Shown: in pieces, positions 55,277 through 62,169 of the stretch | Layout: each line of letters starts with the position of its first letter | Numbering within the stretch: the stretch's first letter is position 1 | Source: a virus | Lineage: Duplodnaviria > Caudoviricetes | Reading direction: 5' to 3' (one strand) | Length of the DNA: 62,169 nt | IMG/VR virus record: IMGVR_UViG_3300011116_000128 | Coordinates: 1-62,169 of that record | Translations under genes and position numbers: made by a program | The notes under the pieces: generated by a model | Database searches by the model: none | Seen by the model: the letters and a program-made list of their open reading frames with translations, nothing else | What the model was told of the DNA's origin: nothing

Positions 55277-56959
55277 ATGAACCTCGTTAAAATTCAGGAT
55301 GATCTGAAACTGGCCCCAGTCCAGGCGATCATGGCCTATGCAAACGGGAGTAATCCCGAAGTGCCTCCTTATATGGCTCTTGCTGAGCTAAGCCGACGCA
55401 AGACAATGGAGCAGCGTCGAGCAGAGCCTCCAACGCAGTCTGTCAAAGAAAAACTTGAATCAGAGGTCACAAACCCTCAAGGCATTGCGCAGCTACCGCA
55501 AGCCATGCCGCAGCCAGGAATGTTGCCTCAAGGCGCTCCCCAGCAAATGCCACAACAGATGCCTCAACGCCCGCCAGGAATGGCTGCTGGTGGAATTGCC
55601 CGTATCCCCACGCGCAGTGACATGTTCCATTACGCTCCCGGCGGTATTGTTGCTTTTGCTGAAGGTGGTGAACTAACTCCCGAAGATTTTGGAGCTATTA
55701 GAGGGCCTATGGGGGACATTAATTTGCGCCAGAGTAGCCCAACAGCACTGAACCCATTTCCAGGTGTAAATTTTGCAGCTAGAAATTTTGAAGATAAAAC
55801 TGTTGATGTTGGCGCTCACAACCCAAAACTAGACCTTCCTGGCGCGCTTACATCCCAAAACAAAGGCGCGCAACCTAGCGGGATTGCTGCGTTGCCAGAA
55901 ACAGCGCAACTGCAAGACCTTGTACCAAATGCAGCAAGCCAATTACGCAAGGCATTGCTTGGAGATGTCACCCTGCCTGAAGTGCAGAGCAAAGAAGACA
56001 TTCGCAAAGCAATGATTGCTGATGCCTTGGCTGATGGAAATGTTGAAAAAGCCAAAATGCTTTCTCAAATTCCGGGTGAAGCGCTTATTCCGCTTGTCAA
56101 AAAACTCAATGAACAAAATGAAGAGCAACGGGCGGGTTTTAGAGAAGGCCAAGGCCGGATGGGTTTAGCAGCTCTATCTAATGCGTTGATTGCGGCCGGT
56201 GAAGCTACACGCGGCCAAAAGGGCGCAGGCATAGGTGAGGCATTTGGAGGGTTTGGTAAATCCTACAATGCATTTACGGCTGAAGACGTTAAGCGCCTTG
56301 AAGCCCAGAAAGCAATTGAACGGGCGCAGAATATTGAAGTTGCCACCCTTCAGAGCAAGATTGATGACTTGCGCGCAGCACATGCAAACGGCACGATTCA
56401 AGACCAGCAGGAAGCTCAAAAAGCAGTTCAAGAGCAAGCTAAAAGAATGCAAGACTTGAAGATGGGCGCTGCTGACAAAATCCTTGCGCAAGCACTTGCA
56501 CAGTCTCAAGCTCAAACTACAAAAGAGCATTACAAAGCTATTGAAAAACAAGCTGCCGATCAACTTGAAGCAACAAAAGCACACTATGCTGATCAGGCCC
56601 GCAAGTCTGCTGCGGCACTGCAAGTGCAAAAAGACCTGCGTCAAGATGCTATTGAAGCAAGAGCGCGGGCTAAACTTGACGATGCAATGAGAGGCGACCC
56701 CCGTATTGCTATGCTTTCCAGGCGGCTTAATGACCCCGTTAACCCTATTGAAATTGGAAGCGAAAATTACGATAAGATTATGGATGAGGTGGAGCGTATT
56801 CGGCGTGAAATTATGGCGGAGCATCCTGAATTTGAAGTCCCATCAACAAGAAGAGGAGCGCCCCAATATGCTAAAGATGCCAAAGGCAATGTGATTGTTT
56901 CATATGACAATTGGGCCACACATCAACCTTTTAAGCGTACTATTACTGGCGGGAGATAA
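55277..56959 (+). CDS. Putative DNA ejection protein
   Basis: Helical; MAAGG/YAPGGIVAFAEGG motifs. Confidence 0.65.
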   Translation: MNLVKIQDDLKLAPVQAIMAYANGSNPEVPPYMALAELSRRKTMEQRRAEPPTQSVKEKLESEVTNPQGIAQLPQAMPQPGMLPQGAPQQMPQQMPQRPPGMAAGGIARIPTRSDMFHYAPGGIVAFAEGGELTPEDFGAIRGPMGDINLRQSSPTALNPFPGVNFAARNFEDKTVDVGAHNPKLDLPGALTSQNKGAQPSGIAALPETAQLQDLVPNAASQLRKALLGDVTLPEVQSKEDIRKAMIADALADGNVEKAKMLSQIPGEALIPLVKKLNEQNEEQRAGFREGQGRMGLAALSNALIAAGEATRGQKGAGIGEAFGGFGKSYNAFTAEDVKRLEAQKAIERAQNIEVATLQSKIDDLRAAHANGTIQDQQEAQKAVQEQAKRMQDLKMGAADKILAQALAQSQAQTTKEHYKAIEKQAADQLEATKAHYADQARKSAAALQVQKDLRQDAIEARARAKLDDAMRGDPRIAMLSRRLNDPVNPIEIGSENYDKIMDEVERIRREIMAEHPEFEVPSTRRGAPQYAKDAKGNVIVSYDNWATHQPFKRTITGGR

Positions 56960-56962
56960 ATA

Positions 56963-59900
56963 ATGCCATTGCCACCTGGGTTTGAGGTTATTGAATCACC
57001 AATTGCCAAACAAGAAAAGGCAAAAAACTTACCCGAAGGCTTTGAGCTAATAGAGAACCCGTTCAAGCTGCCTGAGCGCCCGCCTGCGCCAGAGCCATAT
57101 AGCGTTGGGTCAGGCATCCTTGACCTCCTGAAGCAGACTGTCTCTCCTGCTGTAGCTGCACCTTTTCAAATCCCACGCGGAGCTGAGCTTGCGGTCAAAG
57201 GCGCTGCACGCAAGGCTATGGAAGGTGAGCCAGAGGCGGTCATGCCGTCATCTGTGTATTCCCCTGGCCTGGATACAGAAGAAACAATTTTTGGCCCTGA
57301 AACAGAGGCGCAAAAAGCACGCCGTAAGCTTGGTGCGCAACGAGCTGTTGCGTCTATGCCATCCATCCCTTATGCAAAGGACTTGGCAAAGATTGGAGAC
57401 AAGGTCCAAAAGGACATCTATGAAAGCTTGTCTCCTCAAGGTAAGCAAGCTCTAAAAGATACAGAGATAACAGGCAATCTCTTTAAGGGTGAAGTGGACT
57501 TTGGAACTAACCCTAACGCAATGGGGTACGCCTTACAAGTAGCAAACGTATTTGGCTCATTGGCCCCAGTTCTTATAACGGCTGGGATAACCAAAAGTCC
57601 TGGCGCGGCCGGGGCCGTTGGTGGGGGCATGGCTGCTGATGAGGCAGGCCAAAACGCTGCTCAAGAAATAAACAAGTTGTCTGACGCTCAACTGCGCGAA
57701 CAAAGCCCGTTTTACGCACAGATGATTGCTGGTGGAGCCTCCCCTAAAGAAGCCCGTCAATTGACGATTAGCAAAGCAGCTGAGTCCGGCGCTATTTTGC
57801 AAGGGCTAGTGGCTACGTTTGGTGACAGGTTTACTGGTCAATTGGTGACAGGTGCTTTTGACAACGTCTTAAAGAAGATGGCAGGCACAACACTGGGACG
57901 CAGAGCCGCTGGTCTTGGCATTGGAATGGGCGAAGAAGGTCTGCAAGAAACTGCAGAAGGCGTTGCGTCTAACATTGGTATTCAGGGTGTTCTGCCAAAG
58001 ACAGAGCTTGGCGAAGGATCTGCGGCCAACTTTATCCTTGGCGCGCTAGGTGGCGCAGGCCCAGGCGCTATCAGTGGCATACATATCAATGAGACCCCTG
58101 AAGAACAACGTGCCCGCGTCTTGTCTACTCTGTTGAATGAATCAGTAAAAGGCAAAACTGCTGACCAGCGAGCCATTGACCAGCAAGCAATTAATGCTAT
58201 GCGGCCTGACCGCGGATTCCAGGCTGGGACCAACATTCAAATTGACCCTCAAACAGGTCAGCCGGTTCTTTACAGAGAGCCACCGGCCCCAACAGAGCCA
58301 ACCGGTATAGCCGCGCTTACACCAGCAGCCCCAGCAGAAGGCATTGCTGGCATTCAACCGCCTGTTGTTCAACCAACACCTGTAGTCCAAGAAGATCAAG
58401 AGGCACAAGACAAGAAGGCGATGATGGATGAGGTGATGGCCGCGTTAGGCCAGCCTGTTACATCAACTTCAACTCCAGTTAAAGTTGAAGAGCCAAACAT
58501 TGTTAATGCATATGACATGGGTAATAACATGGAATACCGTGTTATCAAAACCCAAAATGGCTACACAGCCAATATGTATGACAAGGATTCAGGCCAATAT
58601 GTTTCTGGTTCTGCCCGCATTTTTAGGACAGATAAATTTGGGGATGAGGCTTTAACCAAAGCCAACGAATTTGCGCAATCTGAACAAGCTAAAACTGTTC
58701 AGCCTCAAGGAGTTTCAAGTGGCACTGAAGTTTCTCAAATTCAACAAACAAAACCACAAGAACAACAAGCGCCAGTAGGTCAGGAGCAAAGTTCTAAAGA
58801 AGAAATGCTTCAGCGGCTAAAAACCTCGGCTCCAGAAACGGCTGAAACAATTGCATTGCGTCCACGGGTTAACACAGTAATTCAACAGCTTAAAGATGCT
58901 GGGCTGGATAATTTCGCAAACATCGTAGAAGGCGATGCAGTTAAAAACAAATTTGATGAGAAAAAAGTCAAGCACTGGGAGGAGTGGGCTGCCAGGATGA
59001 TTGCTCAGCAAAATTTGATTAAAGGCGCAGAGAAAGGCATCAATAAACCTGTTGAGCCACGCAATCGCACTTTGGCTGACTTGTATGAAAGCAAATACGA
59101 AAACCAATCCGGCCTGTACATCCCCAAAGAAATTACCGACTTGGTTTTGAATAAAGCTAATGAATACATCAAGCAAGCGGCAGATTTAGGGGTTAATTTA
59201 GAGGACATTGATAGTCGTTTTCCTCAATCCATAGTTGCCATAAAAGATAATGAATCAAGATTGCGTGGGCAATTTTTGCGTTACGCCAACCAACGCAAAA
59301 TGGTTGAACGTGACTACAAAAAAGCCAACTTGGATGGTTTTTTAAAAGCCGAAAAAGAACTTGGTGACATGTTGGGCGTAGACCTTGCGCCTTTGCGCGG
59401 GCCATTCGAAAGCGAGACTACCACTGTTACGCCAACTACCCCGGCAGGCGTTACTCCAACGACGGCCCCTGTTACTCCCACAGTTTCGCCAACCGACATT
59501 ACCCCGGCCATTACTCCTCAAACGGCTGAAGAGACTGTAAAGATTAATAAGGCCAAAGATGATTTGACAGATGCGCTAGGTGACTTAGCAGAACTGCTGA
59601 CCAAAAACACGCGCATGAACATCGTGCCGGAGGACGAGCAGAAGCTGATGCCAATCCTTTCTCGGCTGATGGATGCCGCCTTCCGCATGGGCTACTACAA
59701 GTTCAAGCAGGCCGCTCGGTTCATTATGAAGACCATCCGAGAGAAGCTTGGCAAAAACGTGGCAGACCAGATTACGCTGGACCATTTGCAGGGTTCTTAC
59801 ATCAGTATGGCTGGCAAGTACCAAGAGCAAGGTGCAAGCTCCAAGAAGGAAGTTGTTTCTGTTGAAAGCCTGCAAGAGCTTGAAGAAGAAGCCGCTGCTG

Positions 59901-62169
59901 ATCTGTCTACCCCTGATGGTAAGTTTGCTGTTGCCCAAAAGATAGCTGACCTATTCAACGGCGGAGCGGCTTTTGCCAATATCGTTGAGGCACGCAAAGC
60001 CATTGAAGAAATGACCGGCCAAAAGATTGAAGCCGGGACAGAGTCTGCAAAGCAGGCCGATGAAGCTATCGAAGTAGGCGTGGTCCTGGCATCGCGCAAT
60101 ATCGTCGAGCAAGGGCGCAAGGACGGCCTCACCAAGGAACAGATCTACGACAAGCTGGTAGACCTATATGGACGCCAGCCAAACTTGTCTGTGCGCTCTT
60201 CTACCAGCGTATCCAACCAAGCCTATTCAACGCCCAATGCCTTGGCTTTCCTGGCCTCTGAGCGGGCTGGCATCAACAACAAGACCACTGTCTATGAACC
60301 AACGGCTGGTAACGGGATGCTGCTCATTGGAGCCAACCCTAACAATGTTAATGCTAACGAGTTGAATGCAGACCGTTACGAAATGTTGCAGCGCATCATG
60401 GATGGAGCAACCGTTACGCAAGGTAACGCACTTGATTCCCAGATTGAAAACAACACATTTGACGTTGTCATTGAGAACCCTCCTTTTGGCAAAGCTGGTG
60501 AGATCAGCAACATCGACCACAACATTGCTCTGGCATCACTGCAGACCCTGAAAGAAGACGGCCGTGCTGTCTTGATTTTGGGCGGAGTCCAGGCCAATAC
60601 CGAAGAAGGACGGCGCGAGGGATACCGCGGTTCTGCAAAGCGCAATTTCTATTTTGAGCTGTACAACTTGTACAACGTGGTTGACCACTTTACGGTGGGC
60701 GGGAACCTGTACGCAAAACAAGGCACGACCTACCCTGTTGATGTCATCGTAATTGATGGCTGGGGCAAATCCAAGCGTGACCTACCGGCCGCTGACTTGC
60801 CTCAAGTCTTTACCTCTTACGAACAATTGAAGGAGAAACTAAATGATCGCGTGGTATCCACAGGAAATGTCAGCCCCGCCGGAACTAACGTCGGTGTCAG
60901 TACCGAAGGGGGAGTTAAGCCAAGCACAGTGGGTGAACGCACTGAGCGACAGGGTAATGAACCTGGCACTGAAGGAAGAAAACCCGCTGGAGTCGGCGAA
61001 CGCGGCGTGTCAGAGGCTGGAACTACCGGAGGTGCAGAACGCAAACCAAGTGGGGAACGCACTGGTGAAGGACAACCTAAACCTGCTGACGTATCTGAAC
61101 GTGGCGCAAATAAAGGATCAGTTTCCGGCGAAGGTGAGCGAGGAAAGCCCACTAGCGAAGGAGGCACTGAAAGAGGTGGACCTGGAAAGCTGGGTAGAGT
61201 TAGCGTTGTCGCAGGTGAACGAGTCGAATCTGGATTAAAGCAGCGGGCTGGTCAAGAGCAAGAAACCGCTTCTCAAGTCACCTACACGCCAAAGTCTAGC
61301 GCTATCGCCGTAGGAACGCTTGCGCCCAAAGCTATGGCGCAGTCTATTCAAGACTCTATTGACCGCATTGAATCCCAAGTGGGTAATGTGGATGAATTTG
61401 TGGCTGAGTCCTTGGAAATGGATCCAGATACCCTGCGCGAGAAGTTTTCTGCTGAACAGATCGACGCCCTGGTCCTGGCTATCCGCAATGCTCAAGAAGG
61501 CAAGGGCTTCATCATTGGCGACCAGACAGGTGTCGGCAAAGGCCGTGTTGTTGCAGCCATGATTAAGTACGCCATGATTAACGGCAAGATACCTATCTTC
61601 GTTACCGAGAAGCCCAATTTGTATTCGGACATGATCCGGGACTTGGACGATATTGGCATGACTGACGAGCTTGGACTTGATACAGCCAAGACCAACATCT
61701 TCATTACCAATGGTGGTGAATCCATTCCTTACACCTTGTTGCGTAAGGTGAATGGGGAAATAACTGAGAACAACCTAATTCTTAAAGCTCCTAAGTCTGG
61801 CGCTGCGCTTGATGGGATGATGAAAGAAATGCAGGAGAAGGAAGACCTTGGGAACTTCAAGGTCATCTTTACTACCTACAGCCAGCTGCAAACCGTCAAA
61901 GGCAAACCTACTGAGCGCCAACGCTTCATCAAGACATTTGGTGCTGGCAATTACATGATTTTTGATGAGAGCCATAACGCTGGTGGAGCTGGCGAAACCC
62001 AGGCTCGTACAAAAGAACAACGAGATCAACAGAAAGAAGGCAAAGGGTTAGCCCAGGGCCGTGCTGCATTTGTGCGCAATTTGGTTCAAGATGCCTACGG
62101 CACTTTCTTCTCATCGGCTACTTACGCAAAGCGGCCGGATGTGATGGATCTGTACTCCAGCACAGACAT
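56963..62169 (+). CDS. Giant polyvalent protein, N-terminal half: ejection-type N-terminus, N6-adenine DNA methyltransferase, strawberry-notch P-loop ATPase
   Basis: ATG at 56963 with GGGAG RBS, open to the window end. EPTAGNG (60296), NPPF (60476), GDQTGVGKGR (61517) and DESH (61964) are all in the same frame. Missing from the ORF track because it has no stop inside the window. Confidence 0.9.
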   Translation, partial: MPLPPGFEVIESPIAKQEKAKNLPEGFELIENPFKLPERPPAPEPYSVGSGILDLLKQTVSPAVAAPFQIPRGAELAVKGAARKAMEGEPEAVMPSSVYSPGLDTEETIFGPETEAQKARRKLGAQRAVASMPSIPYAKDLAKIGDKVQKDIYESLSPQGKQALKDTEITGNLFKGEVDFGTNPNAMGYALQVANVFGSLAPVLITAGITKSPGAAGAVGGGMAADEAGQNAAQEINKLSDAQLREQSPFYAQMIAGGASPKEARQLTISKAAESGAILQGLVATFGDRFTGQLVTGAFDNVLKKMAGTTLGRRAAGLGIGMGEEGLQETAEGVASNIGIQGVLPKTELGEGSAANFILGALGGAGPGAISGIHINETPEEQRARVLSTLLNESVKGKTADQRAIDQQAINAMRPDRGFQAGTNIQIDPQTGQPVLYREPPAPTEPTGIAALTPAAPAEGIAGIQPPVVQPTPVVQEDQEAQDKKAMMDEVMAALGQPVTSTSTPVKVEEPNIVNAYDMGNNMEYRVIKTQNGYTANMYDKDSGQYVSGSARIFRTDKFGDEALTKANEFAQSEQAKTVQPQGVSSGTEVSQIQQTKPQEQQAPVGQEQSSKEEMLQRLKTSAPETAETIALRPRVNTVIQQLKDAGLDNFANIVEGDAVKNKFDEKKVKHWEEWAARMIAQQNLIKGAEKGINKPVEPRNRTLADLYESKYENQSGLYIPKEITDLVLNKANEYIKQAADLGVNLEDIDSRFPQSIVAIKDNESRLRGQFLRYANQRKMVERDYKKANLDGFLKAEKELGDMLGVDLAPLRGPFESETTTVTPTTPAGVTPTTAPVTPTVSPTDITPAITPQTAEETVKINKAKDDLTDALGDLAELLTKNTRMNIVPEDEQKLMPILSRLMDAAFRMGYYKFKQAARFIMKTIREKLGKNVADQITLDHLQGSYISMAGKYQEQGASSKKEVVSVESLQELEEEAAADLSTPDGKFAVAQKIADLFNGGAAFANIVEARKAIEEMTGQKIEAGTESAKQADEAIEVGVVLASRNIVEQGRKDGLTKEQIYDKLVDLYGRQPNLSVRSSTSVSNQAYSTPNALAFLASERAGINNKTTVYEPTAGNGMLLIGANPNNVNANELNADRYEMLQRIMDGATVTQGNALDSQIENNTFDVVIENPPFGKAGEISNIDHNIALASLQTLKEDGRAVLILGGVQANTEEGRREGYRGSAKRNFYFELYNLYNVVDHFTVGGNLYAKQGTTYPVDVIVIDGWGKSKRDLPAADLPQVFTSYEQLKEKLNDRVVSTGNVSPAGTNVGVSTEGGVKPSTVGERTERQGNEPGTEGRKPAGVGERGVSEAGTTGGAERKPSGERTGEGQPKPADVSERGANKGSVSGEGERGKPTSEGGTERGGPGKLGRVSVVAGERVESGLKQRAGQEQETASQVTYTPKSSAIAVGTLAPKAMAQSIQDSIDRIESQVGNVDEFVAESLEMDPDTLREKFSAEQIDALVLAIRNAQEGKGFIIGDQTGVGKGRVVAAMIKYAMINGKIPIFVTEKPNLYSDMIRDLDDIGMTDELGLDTAKTNIFITNGGESIPYTLLRKVNGEITENNLILKAPKSGAALDGMMKEMQEKEDLGNFKVIFTTYSQLQTVKGKPTERQRFIKTFGAGNYMIFDESHNAGGAGETQARTKEQRDQQKEGKGLAQGRAAFVRNLVQDAYGTFFSSATYAKRPDVMDLYSSTD
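60843..61238 (+). CDS. Candidate nested gene in the +1 frame of the giant protein's linker
   Basis: AAGGAG 7 nt before ATG; 131 aa with globular helical composition; coincides with a low-complexity linker in the main frame. Confidence 0.55.
   Translation: MIAWYPQEMSAPPELTSVSVPKGELSQAQWVNALSDRVMNLALKEENPLESANAACQRLELPEVQNANQVGNALVKDNLNLLTYLNVAQIKDQFPAKVSEESPLAKEALKEVDLESWVELALSQVNESNLD
62043..62169. repeat. Terminal duplication, right copy
   Basis: Identical to 1-127. Confidence 0.97.

Noticed and set aside
56963-62169. Apparent 5-kb gene desert or stop-codon recoding suggested by the ORF track
   Set aside because: The + frame is simply open to the window end. Genes elsewhere are intact under the standard code.

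Overview
This window is a complete, circularly assembled tailed dsDNA phage genome of 62,042 bp unique length. Positions 1-127 are duplicated at 62043-62169. The genome looks podovirus-like, with no tape-measure or sheath gene, a Mu-gpT-type major capsid protein, tail nozzle and ejection proteins. A proteobacterial host is my inference. Layout: recombination module on the minus strand (7-10.8 kb: DUF1364, Erf, Cas4-like exonuclease); a ~900 bp ORF-poor block packed with structured RNAs, promoters and terminators (11.2-12.1 kb); a shuffled array of small accessory genes (12.1-16 kb); ParB-like, helicase and primase genes (16-19 kb); early genes on the minus strand (19-23.3 kb); packaging and head genes (23.5-37 kb); tail and adhesin genes (37-46.5 kb); lysis genes (47-48 kb); ejection proteins (48-57 kb). 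A 4,017-aa polyvalent protein spans the assembly junction and was only half-called by the ORF track. No integrase, CI repressor, DNA polymerase, tRNA or CRISPR array was recognised. The most striking observations are: (1) an 87-aa protein made of a Tat signal peptide fused to two rearranged fragments of the phage's own major capsid protein, a possible exported capsid decoy; (2) a nested +1-frame gene with its own RBS filling the linker of the giant protein; (3) a multi-RNA control locus with a C4-like cloverleaf, a pseudoknot/terminator leader, a tetraloop-rich RNA and a G-quadruplex; (4) two covarying 49-nt RNA hairpins in the early operon; (5) a homology-module gene-shuffling array. All family assignments come from motif recognition by eye; no searches were run.
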